Shown here: positions 44,922 through 55,442 of the stretch, piece after piece
Layout: each line of letters begins with the position of its first letter
Position numbering within the stretch: position 1 is the stretch's first letter
Source: a virus
DNA length: 64,000 nt
Reading direction: 5' to 3' (one strand)
IMG/VR virus record: IMGVR_UViG_3300025648_000012
Coordinates: 32,001 to 96,000 of that record
Translations under genes and position numbers: made by a program
The notes under the pieces: generated by a model
The model's database searches: none
What the model was told of the DNA's origin: nothing
What the model saw: the letters and a program-made list of their open reading frames with translations, nothing else

Positions 44922-47747
44922 ATGCCTCTAGCTCCCTTTCTTCCAAAAGACTGGAACGACCATTCTCAGCGACTCTTAGTAATTTTGGAAAATACTCCAG
45001 AAGAGTGTGCTATTCAAAATACTCTAAATACTAAAATAGTAATGAACCCTGCAATGTACCCAAAGCATGGTTTACCTGTTGCTATATTTCCTTTTTCTGA
45101 TAGGGATTACCACAATCTAAAGCCCAATGCAAAGGGTATTTTGCTTTCTAAATACCGCGCTAAATGCCTAGCTTTCATTGAAAAGTATAAACCAACACAC
45201 GTTATTTTTTCAGGCAATGATAATCCTTGGGACATTCCTTTTAACCAGTTGGGTTGGGTTTATAAGAAAAATGGAGTTAGAGTAACCACTTCTTTAGATT
45301 TAGATAAAATCTACAGCTACAAAGGAGGGGTTTATGCCAACGCAGTTGGTCTTTTTATAGACCACCTTAATACTCTACTTGGAACTTCTAATGGACGCCC
45401 CCTACAGAACATTGAACCATCTCCAGTTTACGTAGATACGTTAGAAAAATTTGAAAAACTTTTAGCTAAACTGGAAGAAAGTAGAGTGATAGCAATAGAT
45501 ACAGAAACAGCTGGATTATCTGTACACACCAACAATGCACTCTATACAGTTCAGTTTAGTGTTTCTTCAACTAAAGCATATATCGTTCCAGTAGACCATC
45601 CTACAACTCCCTTTTCTAAAGAAGACCTTAAGATAGTAAAACAAAAACTACGAAAGTTCTTTGCGAGTACTGGTAAAGAGCTTGTATTCTTTAATGGAAA
45701 ATTTGATTTGAGAATACTCCGTGTCTTTCTAAAAGTGGAGTTCATAAGGCATAAAATATGGGAAATTAGGTCTGGAGAACATGCTTTAGACGAAGGCGTA
45801 CAGCTATTAGTAAATTTTAAGCCTAAAGGAGCAAGTAAACTTTATAACCCAGGTAATTTAGCTAACACAGTATCGAGGTATGGTAACGATTTTTATTACG
45901 GATCAGCTTTCGGAAAGGATGACCGGTCTACAATAGGTCACATTGCTTGTGATAATCCAGATTTCTTAAAGTATGCAGCAATGGATGTTCAAACAATTTT
46001 TGGTGTTAGAGACTGCCAGCTACAAAGAGCAGAAAAACAAGGTAGGTTAAATTCTTTTAGAAAACACATGCTTTACCAGATGGGACCTACTGAACACCAA
46101 CTATCACTGCTTGAGCAAAATGGGTCTTTAGTTTCAATTCCAAAAATTAAAGAATTAGTCTCTAAAAAATCTCCTATAATTAAAATTATTGAGGAATCAA
46201 CTTTAGAACTTTCAATGTACCCCCAAGTAATACAGGCTAACAAGTTAGTTGCTCAAAAATCATCAACTGCAAACCCCTTATTTGGTACACCCTGGGTGTT
46301 TTCTTGGACAAAAGGAGACCATCTAAAAACATTATTTTTTGAAGTCTTGCAGCTTGCACCCTTATCAAAGACTAAGTCGGGTAAAGACGCTATTGACAAA
46401 GAATTTATTGCGTTTTACAAAGATAGGTCTTTTATTGTAGATTTGTATGGTCAATTAGCAGAAGCTAGAACAGTTGCAAGAACTTTCCTAACAGGAGTTT
46501 TGCAGAGGTTAGAATTATCAGAAGATAAAGATTCAAAAATGCGTTCAAGATTTGATGTATTCAATGTTGATACAGGACGCTTAGGTTCTGCTGACCCAAA
46601 CCAGCAGAATTTTCCTTCTCGTGGTAAGTTAGCAAAACTGGTTAAGTCTATATTCATAAGTGCTGAATCTCATATTTTAATCAAGTACGATTATTCAGCA
46701 CATGAAGTTAGATGCTGGGCAATAGCAGCAAACGACGAGGTACTCGGCTCCGTATTTGAAACAGGAAGACAGCTCCGTAGAAAGTTAATTAAAAATCCAA
46801 CAGAAGAAATACGGCAGGAAATAAAGAAAAAAGGTGACTTGCATATTCTTAATGTAAAGAGGTTTTTCAATAAATGGGTGGAAAAATCTGATCCATTGCG
46901 AGAAGCAGTTAAATCGGTTATATTTGGAGCAATCTACTTAATGACAGCAAGAACTCTTGGTAGAAATACGAAAAAACCTGAGATTGTTGAAATACAAGCG
47001 TTAATGCGAAAAGCTCGAGATGAAAAACAACCCATTGAACCGTACATGGAAAGACTTGAGGAGCTTTTAGAAGAGGATAGAACCGAGTATGCAAATAACA
47101 TTCTTAATAAACTATTTTCTGCATTTAAGAAATCTTCAAAATGGTTAGATTCCGTTACAAGAAGTGCCGCAAAAAAGCAACAAGCAGAGTCTCCAATAGG
47201 CCGAGTTAGGCATCTTTGGGCTACTCTTTTTGAAGATAAAAGTCTAACTGCTAAACAAATAAGAAGAGGAGCAAATGCTCCAATTCAGGGTTTTGGCTCT
47301 GAAATAGGTGTAGTTTCTTCCTACTTAATATGCAATACGTGGAATAAACTCTTTCCCAAAGTAAATGTTGAGTTTAGCAGAATAATCCACGATGCGTCTT
47401 ATTTCCATGTTCCAATAGAATACTCTGTAGAGTTTATTCATGTTATGTCATACATGGCAACTACTGGAGTTGCAGATTACTATGAAAGGCATTTTGGACT
47501 AAAAATGGTAGTCAATCCTGAGATAGAAATTGAGCTTGGAGTTTCCGATGACAAGTTTGAAAAATGGAATTGGGAACTGCCGTCTTTGGTTTCTTTAATG
47601 GAAAAAACACTAAAAGACAAGGGGGAAACCCACAGTCTAAAGCACATATTTAGATCTTGGAAGAATAACTCAATGAAAAATTTTCCACTATTGAATGTAG
47701 AGTTATCCAAGGAATTGAGAACTGAATACCAAAAACTTAGAGCATAA
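44922..47747 (+). CDS. polA: Family A DNA polymerase with 3'-5' exonuclease
   Basis: Exo DTET, FNGKFD, YAAMD; TGRLGSADPNQQN; motif A DYSAHEVR; motif B REAVKSVIFGAIY; motif C IIHDA. Confidence 0.95.
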   Translation: MPLAPFLPKDWNDHSQRLLVILENTPEECAIQNTLNTKIVMNPAMYPKHGLPVAIFPFSDRDYHNLKPNAKGILLSKYRAKCLAFIEKYKPTHVIFSGNDNPWDIPFNQLGWVYKKNGVRVTTSLDLDKIYSYKGGVYANAVGLFIDHLNTLLGTSNGRPLQNIEPSPVYVDTLEKFEKLLAKLEESRVIAIDTETAGLSVHTNNALYTVQFSVSSTKAYIVPVDHPTTPFSKEDLKIVKQKLRKFFASTGKELVFFNGKFDLRILRVFLKVEFIRHKIWEIRSGEHALDEGVQLLVNFKPKGASKLYNPGNLANTVSRYGNDFYYGSAFGKDDRSTIGHIACDNPDFLKYAAMDVQTIFGVRDCQLQRAEKQGRLNSFRKHMLYQMGPTEHQLSLLEQNGSLVSIPKIKELVSKKSPIIKIIEESTLELSMYPQVIQANKLVAQKSSTANPLFGTPWVFSWTKGDHLKTLFFEVLQLAPLSKTKSGKDAIDKEFIAFYKDRSFIVDLYGQLAEARTVARTFLTGVLQRLELSEDKDSKMRSRFDVFNVDTGRLGSADPNQQNFPSRGKLAKLVKSIFISAESHILIKYDYSAHEVRCWAIAANDEVLGSVFETGRQLRRKLIKNPTEEIRQEIKKKGDLHILNVKRFFNKWVEKSDPLREAVKSVIFGAIYLMTARTLGRNTKKPEIVEIQALMRKARDEKQPIEPYMERLEELLEEDRTEYANNILNKLFSAFKKSSKWLDSVTRSAAKKQQAESPIGRVRHLWATLFEDKSLTAKQIRRGANAPIQGFGSEIGVVSSYLICNTWNKLFPKVNVEFSRIIHDASYFHVPIEYSVEFIHVMSYMATTGVADYYERHFGLKMVVNPEIEIELGVSDDKFEKWNWELPSLVSLMEKTLKDKGETHSLKHIFRSWKNNSMKNFPLLNVELSKELRTEYQKLRA

Positions 47748-47750
47748 ACT

Positions 47751-48128
47751 ATGGTTGAAAGAAGAATCCAATACCTAACAGGTTTAGAATCGCTAATTAC
47801 TTTTGAAGATCCTCCTGGAACTTCACACATCTTTCTAATTGAAGCCTACCCTCTAAAGTTTAATATGTTTTGGGTAAGACTAGTAGAGTTAGAAAGGTTA
47901 GAAAAATCTAGAGCAATGAAATCGTATTTAAGAGAATGTTGGTCTAACCGCATTTACTGTTCTTCTATTTTAAGTTTTATGCCAGCATTAGTATTATCAG
48001 TAGCAGAAAGAGTGGATTTAAGTAATCCAGAATTACTTCACCTAAATTTTGGCGGCTCTCTACTCAATGAGTATCCCAAGTTAAATTTAGAACAGTTAAC
48101 GGGCAACCCAAACACTGTAGTTCATTAG
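47751..48128 (+). CDS. Hypothetical protein
   Basis: 125 aa. Confidence 0.6.
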   Translation: MVERRIQYLTGLESLITFEDPPGTSHIFLIEAYPLKFNMFWVRLVELERLEKSRAMKSYLRECWSNRIYCSSILSFMPALVLSVAERVDLSNPELLHLNFGGSLLNEYPKLNLEQLTGNPNTVVH

Positions 48129-48137
48129 GAGATTTTA

Positions 48138-48812
48138 ATGACACTTCAAACACTAATACCTTGTTTAACTCCTCAAGGAATACTCTTAGGAGCTTTTTTA
48201 ATTACTCCAACAGATTTAACTAATGTTGGAGTTTTTAATTTTTCAGAAGGGTCAGTTTCACTAACTTGGATTACATATCCAGTGGATGCAACAAACCCTT
48301 CGGGACTTAGATCCTTTTACGCCTATGTTACAAATAACCCTTCGCAATTACCAGGATTTTCTTCTTTTGTCCCTGCGGATATAACCAACTATCAGAGATG
48401 GAATGCTCCTCAAGTGGGAGGTGGGTTATCATCTCAACAAAACAATCTTCTTGAAGTTATACGGGGTGGCTTTTACTCCAATAGGAATTTGTTAGTAGTA
48501 CCCTCGTCAAGCGGAACTACGCCTACTCAACCCAATACTTGGGAAATAACTTTAGCTGCTTCTTCATTAGAAGGAATTACATTTGTTGACTTTGATTGGA
48601 CACTTTTAATTGCTGGAACTTCCATACTTCCAACCTCAAATCCGACTGGTATGAAAGCTATAGTTGTAGGTACATCCAATCAAAACAACTTGTTCAATAC
48701 GGTAAGAATACTGCTTCTTACGAGCCCTACTCCTGGTACATATAGCTTTGGATTTTTAGTAACCCAGGTTAGCGGAACTGTAACTGCAACTCTTAATTTA
48801 ATCATTGACTAG
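48138..48812 (+). CDS. Hypothetical T/S/N-rich beta protein (structural-like)
   Basis: Low-charge composition. Confidence 0.6.
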   Translation: MTLQTLIPCLTPQGILLGAFLITPTDLTNVGVFNFSEGSVSLTWITYPVDATNPSGLRSFYAYVTNNPSQLPGFSSFVPADITNYQRWNAPQVGGGLSSQQNNLLEVIRGGFYSNRNLLVVPSSSGTTPTQPNTWEITLAASSLEGITFVDFDWTLLIAGTSILPTSNPTGMKAIVVGTSNQNNLFNTVRILLLTSPTPGTYSFGFLVTQVSGTVTATLNLIID

Positions 48813-48826
48813 CTTACAATTAAAAA

Positions 48827-49186
48827 ATGAAAATTTACATCTCAGGTCCTATGACAGGTATAGAAGACCTTAATTTTCCAGCCTTTCATTTTGCAGAAAA
48901 GGTACTAAAATCTGTTGCTCAGCAATTTAGCACTCATATAGAAGTAGAAAACCCTGCCAGTTGGGGGTTGCCAGCCGAACCCTATGAGGATTGCATAAAA
49001 TTTGCTATTACTAAACTTATGGACAACTGTAAATATGTAATTGCATTAGAAGGCTGGGAAAACTCTAAAGGGGCTAACGCAGAAATAGCAGTGGCTATAG
49101 CCCTTGGAATTCCTGTTCTATCTTTAGAGGACGTAACCTCAATTTTTGGAGAAAAGAATGAACAAACCCCAAATGAGTCTATCTGA
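48827..49186 (+). CDS. DUF4406 / nucleoside deoxyribosyltransferase-like protein
   Basis: MKIYISGPMTG..DLNFPAF...NPA...LEGWENSKGANAE. Confidence 0.8.
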   Translation: MKIYISGPMTGIEDLNFPAFHFAEKVLKSVAQQFSTHIEVENPASWGLPAEPYEDCIKFAITKLMDNCKYVIALEGWENSKGANAEIAVAIALGIPVLSLEDVTSIFGEKNEQTPNESI

Positions 49187-49562
49187 CGTAATCACTGAAC
49201 TTGAACTATCCTATAAGCAGGCACTTAGTAATCACGAACCCTATCTAAGGATAAGCTTTAGTGGGTTATTAAACACTTTAATACATCTTTATAACCAAAA
49301 AACACAACTAGAGAGGGAAAATGCACTTGGAGGGAGTGCAGAACCTTTTATCTGGAAACCTATAGAAACTGCTCCTAAAGATGGAACTACCATACTTGGT
49401 GCGATTATCATTAGATGTACCCGCAAAGAAATTTCTTATATGTTTGCTGGAGCAGTAAATTACTTGGAAGGAGAGTGGTGCAGTGAGTATAGAGTTTCTA
49501 GAAAGAGCACTCATAATTTAACTCATTGGATGACCCTTCCAAAAACACTTGAAGGAGAATAG
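49158..49562 (+). CDS. DUF551-like protein
   Basis: WKPIETAPKDGT...THWMTLP. Confidence 0.7.
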   Translation: MNKPQMSLSDVITELELSYKQALSNHEPYLRISFSGLLNTLIHLYNQKTQLERENALGGSAEPFIWKPIETAPKDGTTILGAIIIRCTRKEISYMFAGAVNYLEGEWCSEYRVSRKSTHNLTHWMTLPKTLEGE

Positions 49563-49563
49563 A

Positions 49564-50352
49564 ATGGAGAATAGTTTTGAAGTTTTAGGGAAAGGTTACG
49601 TAAAACTCATTGAACATTGGGGTTCAGACGAGAGAATAATTGAAGCTGCTAGAATGTCTACTTCAAAGGGGTTTAATGGGTGGGGCGAACCTTGTAAGAA
49701 TTGTGAAGGTAAAGGAAACTATTATATTGAACTTGTTTTAACACATTGCAAGGAATGTGATGGACAGGGGCATATTACTGGAGATGAAAAGCTACTCAAA
49801 TTTCTATACACTAACAACCACTCGACCCCCTTTGAGATGGCAGGTTTAATCATTGAAGTTAAAGCCCCTATCTTTGTATTTAGAGAATGGCATAGGCATA
49901 GGACACAGAGTTACAACGAAATGTCGGCTAGGTATATTCCATTACCCAATGAAAACTACACTCCAACTCTTACTAGATTAATTTTAGGGTCTAAATTTAC
50001 AGCAAATAAGCAAGCTACAGGTACAGCGGAAATAAACATTGCAAAGGCGGATCTTTGGCTATCTGAATTGGCAGCTTTGTATGCTTACGCTCAAGAAGTC
50101 TATGAGAAGGGACTGGAAGCTGGAGTTCCTAAAGAATTAGCAAGACTTTCTGTACCCGTTGCTAGGTTTAGTAGAATGCGCGCATCGGCTAATCTTCTAA
50201 ATTGGCTAAAATTCTTAACATTAAGAATGGATAGCAAAGCTCAATGGGAAATTAGAGAATACGCAAAAGCGGTTGGAAATTTAATTTCTCAGAAATTTCC
50301 AAAAACTTGGGAGCTTTTTGTAGAACATACGTTAAGGAGTGAGCAACAATGA
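49564..50352 (+). CDS. thyX: Flavin-dependent thymidylate synthase
   Basis: HSTPFE, REWHRHRTQSYNEMSARY, KELAR, LRMDSKAQWEIR. Confidence 0.95.
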   Translation: MENSFEVLGKGYVKLIEHWGSDERIIEAARMSTSKGFNGWGEPCKNCEGKGNYYIELVLTHCKECDGQGHITGDEKLLKFLYTNNHSTPFEMAGLIIEVKAPIFVFREWHRHRTQSYNEMSARYIPLPNENYTPTLTRLILGSKFTANKQATGTAEINIAKADLWLSELAALYAYAQEVYEKGLEAGVPKELARLSVPVARFSRMRASANLLNWLKFLTLRMDSKAQWEIREYAKAVGNLISQKFPKTWELFVEHTLRSEQQ

Positions 50353-50633
50353 AACAAGATCCTAAGGTTTTATCTTCGTATAAGAGCATGGAAAATGAAG
50401 TAATGAACTTTTTCTTCGACCCTTCCAGAAATTCAAGTACAGTATTGCATGGACTTAATGCTTTGCAGTCTAAGATAGATAGTTTGATTTTAATTCTGGA
50501 AAAAGAAGTTGCTAATGAACAGGACATTGCTCAAGAAAAGGAAAACGCCTCAAGTGAAGAAAACTCGTCTTATTTGGATGCTTATGGAATTGGAAAAATA
50601 CTAAAAAACTCTTTTTTAGGAAGGAGAACTTAA
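50349..50633 (+). CDS. Hypothetical protein
   Basis: Coupled ORF. Confidence 0.55.
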   Translation: MKQDPKVLSSYKSMENEVMNFFFDPSRNSSTVLHGLNALQSKIDSLILILEKEVANEQDIAQEKENASSEENSSYLDAYGIGKILKNSFLGRRT

Positions 50634-50857
50634 TGTTTCCTTTTAGTAGGAGAAACCTGGTGTTTCCTGCAATTATGACTAATCCTAAAGTTTGCATTCC
50701 TTTAAGTAGTCCAGTAGTAATTACTGGAGAGGTACTAAACCAAGGATTGCACTTTGATGAAGTGATTGTTAGAAACGGCAAAATCAAAAGCAAGTTAAAT
50801 GGATTAAAGGGCAAGCCCCTTAACGGAAAGTTTAAGGTAATTTTAATTCCTGAGTGA
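50633..50857 (+). CDS. Hypothetical protein
   Basis: Coupled ORF. Confidence 0.55.
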   Translation: MFPFSRRNLVFPAIMTNPKVCIPLSSPVVITGEVLNQGLHFDEVIVRNGKIKSKLNGLKGKPLNGKFKVILIPE

Positions 50858-50863
50858 GCTAAA

Positions 50864-51358
50864 ATGGAAACTAATCAAAGTAAAAAGATCCTTTTATCCG
50901 AATCTACTTTTTTAGATATTGTAAAAGGATTGGCAAAAAAGATTCGGGAATCTGAAGAGTATTCTGTTTCTACGCTTAAATACATTGTTGCACCAAGCCG
51001 AGGAGGGTTAATTCCTGCGGTTCATCTGTCTCATTTGCTCAATCTCCCTTTAATTGTTTTAGAAAAACACGAGTTAACCTCCCTTAAATCTAAGGTAGAA
51101 TTTAGGTACAGTTTAGACAATGATGAAGCGGAGCAGTTTGAAAACATTAAAATTATTCTAGTAGAAGATATTTCTGATACAGGTAAAACCTTTCAGACCA
51201 TGCTTAGCGGGCTGAACTCTACAAAAAACGTAATAACAGCTAGCCTTGTTTGTAGAGGCACTACCTCATTTTCCCCTGACTTTTTCGGTAATTACTACAT
51301 AGGTAACTCTTGGGTAGTATTTCCTTGGGAGCACAAACCCATAATCAATAAAAAATGA
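50864..51358 (+). CDS. Type I phosphoribosyltransferase (purine PRT-like)
   Basis: SRGGLIPA, PRPP loop ILVEDISDTGKT, WVVFPWE. Confidence 0.9.
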   Translation: METNQSKKILLSESTFLDIVKGLAKKIRESEEYSVSTLKYIVAPSRGGLIPAVHLSHLLNLPLIVLEKHELTSLKSKVEFRYSLDNDEAEQFENIKIILVEDISDTGKTFQTMLSGLNSTKNVITASLVCRGTTSFSPDFFGNYYIGNSWVVFPWEHKPIINKK

Positions 51359-53403
51359 TTAACATTAAGAAATTTGGCGTTTCTGGAGTATTGTTTAATA
51401 AGCAAAAGCTAAAGGTTGAGCCAGGAGTAACTTACATATATGGCAAGTCTACTCAAGAAAATGGCAATGGAAATGCAGTAGGTAAATCTCTGTTTGCAAC
51501 CTCTATAGCTGAAATTCTGTACGATACTCCAATAGTCGGTACTCGCCAAGACAAGTCTACTGCTACGTATTTGCTCGAATTTGATTCTCACAGAGTAGTT
51601 TCTAAAAATAAAAAACTCTCCGTTACTGAAAATGGAAAGGCAATAAAATTTAGAACAAAACAACTAGCTTCAGAATGGCTTAAGAAGCATTTTCCAGTTT
51701 CCGAAGAAGAGTACAGAACATACTGTTTCTTAGATTCAATAACTCCACATCCTTTAGTTAGAGGAACTTCTTCACAGCGCAAGGAGTTCTTTACTAACTT
51801 CTTTAGAATATCCTCAATAGATACCGCCCGTCGAGAAGTAAATTCTAAGCTAAACTACTTAAAAGTAGAAAGAGCAAAACTAAATGAGGTTGTAGCTCAA
51901 CTAAAGGAATGTAGTACTCTGTCTAAACAAGAGTTTATCTCAAAACAATCTAGATATAAACACTTGCAAGAGGAGCTTGAAAAACTCTCAAAAAGCTACG
52001 AAGAGTACCAAAAAGCAACTCGAAATAATGAACTAAGAGCGTTGTATAGAAGCGACTTAGAAATAGCTGGAAATCTTTCCTACAAACGGTTAGAAAAACT
52101 AGAATTACTACTAACACAAAGACAAAGTACAAATGATAAAGCGAAGGAATACTCGCAATATCTCAAAAGAAAAGAAAACTTTGAAGAGTTGGCTAAAGGG
52201 ATAGACTTCTCTGTACCAATTGAAGAACTAGTCAAAGCCAACGATAAATACCAAAGACTTTTAGGCAAGTTGGTGGAACCAACAAAACCAAAGAAAGTAA
52301 CTTTGCTAAAAAAGGTGGAATTTTCTCAAGAACAGCTAGATGCCCTATCAATAGTTAATCAAAAAATAGCGTATGCAACTAAATTTTCTAAGGGCAAGTG
52401 CTTTGCTTGCGGTCAACCTGTAAAAGTAGAAGATTTGAGTAAGCTGCAAGAAAAAAAGAATGAGTTAACAAAGCTAAAACAGCAATCTGAAGACTATAAG
52501 AATTCAGTAGCTGAGTATAAGCTTTATAAAGAAAAAATAGTACTGTATAGAGAAGAGGTAGAGCAGTTTAGAAAAAACGAGGAAGAGTTGAAAAGACTAA
52601 AACCCTTTGTTAGGCTCTACAATGCCAGAATAGAACTAGAAGAACCTAAACACGTAAAAAAGGTTAATTCTGTACCCACTAAAAAATTAGAAAAGTGCAT
52701 TGCGGCTTTGAAAAGATGCTTACCTAATAAAGATATTTTAGATCTTCCAGAAAGTAAAGTTGTAGAGTTTAATATGGAAGCTTTACTAAAATTACAAGAA
52801 GAATTTGCTCAGTTACGGGTCGAGCTTAAAGCTAACAAACTCAATAGGGAGAAAAGGATCACTCTGCTTGAGAGGAAAGACAAATTAGAAACTATTCTTA
52901 AAAATGAAAAAGCTCTTCAGTTGCTCTCAAAAGCGTATTCTGATAAGGAATTAAAACACCTTATAGTTAAGTCAATTTCTGAAAAATTAGTTGAGCTTGT
53001 TAACTTTTACAGTAAAGCAGTTCTTCCCTCCTCTACTTTTGATATTAAGTGGGGTACGCAACTTTCTATTTTGGCTACACGTAAATCTGGAACCACAGAT
53101 GTTAGAAAGTTATCCGCAGCAGAAGCTAAGCTGTTTACTTTAGCTTTAGTATTGGCATTACTGCACTTTGTTCCTTTACATAAGAGGTGCAACTTGCTAA
53201 TACTTGATGAGCCTTGCTCTTCATTTTCTCCTCATACTCGAGAAAAATTTTATTCATTTTTACCAATTTTACTAACTATTATACCCTCTATAATCGTGGT
53301 TACTCCAGACCCAGATGAAAGAATGCCTGGGGCTAGGGAATACACCATAGTAAGAAATAAAAAGGAGTCTAAACTTGTCTCGGGACACCCAACTGAAGCG
53401 TAA
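51355..53403 (+). CDS. sbcC: SbcC/Rad50-like ATPase
   Basis: Walker A NAVGKS, coiled coils with CFACG hook, signature LSAAE, Walker B ILDEP. Confidence 0.88.
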   Translation: MINIKKFGVSGVLFNKQKLKVEPGVTYIYGKSTQENGNGNAVGKSLFATSIAEILYDTPIVGTRQDKSTATYLLEFDSHRVVSKNKKLSVTENGKAIKFRTKQLASEWLKKHFPVSEEEYRTYCFLDSITPHPLVRGTSSQRKEFFTNFFRISSIDTARREVNSKLNYLKVERAKLNEVVAQLKECSTLSKQEFISKQSRYKHLQEELEKLSKSYEEYQKATRNNELRALYRSDLEIAGNLSYKRLEKLELLLTQRQSTNDKAKEYSQYLKRKENFEELAKGIDFSVPIEELVKANDKYQRLLGKLVEPTKPKKVTLLKKVEFSQEQLDALSIVNQKIAYATKFSKGKCFACGQPVKVEDLSKLQEKKNELTKLKQQSEDYKNSVAEYKLYKEKIVLYREEVEQFRKNEEELKRLKPFVRLYNARIELEEPKHVKKVNSVPTKKLEKCIAALKRCLPNKDILDLPESKVVEFNMEALLKLQEEFAQLRVELKANKLNREKRITLLERKDKLETILKNEKALQLLSKAYSDKELKHLIVKSISEKLVELVNFYSKAVLPSSTFDIKWGTQLSILATRKSGTTDVRKLSAAEAKLFTLALVLALLHFVPLHKRCNLLILDEPCSSFSPHTREKFYSFLPILLTIIPSIIVVTPDPDERMPGAREYTIVRNKKESKLVSGHPTEA

Positions 53404-54034
53404 TCTTTACGCAACAAATTACTGGGCTCCACTTGATGTGCACGTTTATTTACGAAGGCACAAAATAGGGCACACTTTTGATAAAAAAATGTTCGGAGTA
53501 CCTACTCTTGAATTACTAACCGACCTTCGTGGAGTTGACTCTCTTCTTCCTAAAATCTTCTTTGGAGCAACAAGTTCCATTCTATCCTATGGAATACCTT
53601 GCCTTGACTATACTCGTGGAATGAAGGTCTGTATTGATTACGTCCTTAAAACTCCAAACTCAATAACTGTAAATAGAGGTTACAAGACGGTTATGGAGTA
53701 TGTTAATAGTTGTTGTTATTCGTCTGCCTTATCAGAAGCAGAAACTGTAATTTTATCCATAAAGGATACTTCATTTAGAAAAAGGATTAGCCTAGAACTA
53801 ATGAAGTACTTAAAAGGGGAATTGACTGTAGTAAAATTACAAACTATTTGTGGCTTACATGAATATAGTAATGAACTATTGAGTGTTCTACCCAAACTAG
53901 ATACTTTAAGGTTAGCAATTCAACATTCTAAGATTTCATCTGTTAAGGAAGCTTCCTCTAAATTTAGAGTGTCTGAGTTTGATATAAATTTTGTATTAGC
54001 GGAGAGAAAAAATGAGCATGAAGTTTCGGTTTGA
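53375..54034 (+). CDS. Hypothetical protein
   Basis: Fills the gap between sbcC and the clamp; start uncertain. Confidence 0.55.
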   Translation: MSRDTQLKRNLYATNYWAPLDVHVYLRRHKIGHTFDKKMFGVPTLELLTDLRGVDSLLPKIFFGATSSILSYGIPCLDYTRGMKVCIDYVLKTPNSITVNRGYKTVMEYVNSCCYSSALSEAETVILSIKDTSFRKRISLELMKYLKGELTVVKLQTICGLHEYSNELLSVLPKLDTLRLAIQHSKISSVKEASSKFRVSEFDINFVLAERKNEHEVSV

Positions 54035-55043
54035 AGTACCCTCAGTAAATGCTGTTCTTGATATAGTTACAGCACTAGCCCCACCTTCTGGAGGTTCCGT
54101 TAGCTTAAATGCTACCAATGGAAAATTGGTAGTAACTTCTAAATCTGAGTTGGATTTAGTAGTGGCTAAAATTCCTTGTGAGGTCGAAGGTTCTGCTCAT
54201 TTTGCTATTACCTTAGATACATTTAAGCAAGCAGTTAAGGGCAAATCTGCAATGCAAGGGGAGTTTCTTAACGACCAAGGTTTGGTATTAACCAGTAAAA
54301 ACTATAAAGCAGTTTTGGCTACTTCTGATGCAGATTCAGTTGAGTATCCAAAAATTGAACCAGATGAGGTTCTAACTATTACTCCTGAGATGGGGAAATT
54401 TCTACTCAAAGCTGTGAGTAAAGTAGCGCTATCCCCATTGGGTGAAACTTGGATTCCTCTATCTATTGTTAGTACGGAAAAAGGAACAACTGTTATATGC
54501 TATGACCCCTACAAAGTTTTGTGGATGAAAAATTCTAAACTTGTTGGTAATTTTAGAGTAACCCTTCCAGTAACCACAATTAAAAATATACTATCTTCGC
54601 TATCTGGTAGAGAAATAACTCTAAATTTGACTAAACAATTAGTTGAAGTTAAAGCAGGCTTAGTTAAGGCAGCTGTTGCACTTCCTGGAGAAAGTACAAT
54701 TCCTTTAGACTCTGTTCTTGAGATTATTAAAAAGAAGAATACAAGTGAGTTAAATGAGTTGGATAAAGAAGAAGTCTCTAGTTTTTTAGAAAATGCTAAA
54801 GCAATAGCAGTTGGAAAATTATCTGAAATATCTGCCAAGGAAAATGTATGGAAAGTATCTTCGGATAGTGGCTCCATTTCTGCCAAGTTAAAAAATGCAA
54901 ACTTGACCTTCAAGATGGATTGCACAGTATTGAGCGACTTAGTTGGAAAATCCTCGAAGGTAGTGTTGATGGGGGTAAATGAGAGTGCGTATTTCTTTTC
55001 ATTAGGGGATAACGCCTTTGCTTATGGTTCACAAAATCAGTAA
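54012..55043 (+). CDS. Putative sliding clamp (beta-clamp-like)
   Basis: 343 aa, repeating alpha/beta pattern, replication-block context. Confidence 0.55.
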   Translation: MSMKFRFEVPSVNAVLDIVTALAPPSGGSVSLNATNGKLVVTSKSELDLVVAKIPCEVEGSAHFAITLDTFKQAVKGKSAMQGEFLNDQGLVLTSKNYKAVLATSDADSVEYPKIEPDEVLTITPEMGKFLLKAVSKVALSPLGETWIPLSIVSTEKGTTVICYDPYKVLWMKNSKLVGNFRVTLPVTTIKNILSSLSGREITLNLTKQLVEVKAGLVKAAVALPGESTIPLDSVLEIIKKKNTSELNELDKEEVSSFLENAKAIAVGKLSEISAKENVWKVSSDSGSISAKLKNANLTFKMDCTVLSDLVGKSSKVVLMGVNESAYFFSLGDNAFAYGSQNQ

Positions 55044-55052
55044 AAAATAGCA

Positions 55053-55442
55053 ATGACTTACTCCAGTATAATTACTACCTATAGTGACCTTCCTAAAAAT
55101 TACTTTTGGAAAAAAGAAAATGGGACTCTTTTTCCAACAGTTGACCTTAACAAAGGAATTTACACAGTAGGCGCCCCTTTGGACTTATCACTGTTTAGCT
55201 CTGTTTTTGTGCTTAACCAAGGCAACAAAGAAGTAGGATATTACTTTCAATCCCCTTATAAGGAAAAAGTAAGTAAATTTTTTTACTTAACTTGGTTTAG
55301 AAGTAATGAAGGAAAGGCAGAATCCTACAGAGCGTCATTAAAAACCGAAAATTTACTCATTCTTAATTTTGAAAACCATGGCTTATTAGCAATATCCCCT
55401 CAATGGAATTTTAGACTGTCCCAAATATTTGAGAACCAATGA
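55053..55442 (+). CDS. Hypothetical protein
   Basis: 129 aa. Confidence 0.6.
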   Translation: MTYSSIITTYSDLPKNYFWKKENGTLFPTVDLNKGIYTVGAPLDLSLFSSVFVLNQGNKEVGYYFQSPYKEKVSKFFYLTWFRSNEGKAESYRASLKTENLLILNFENHGLLAISPQWNFRLSQIFENQ

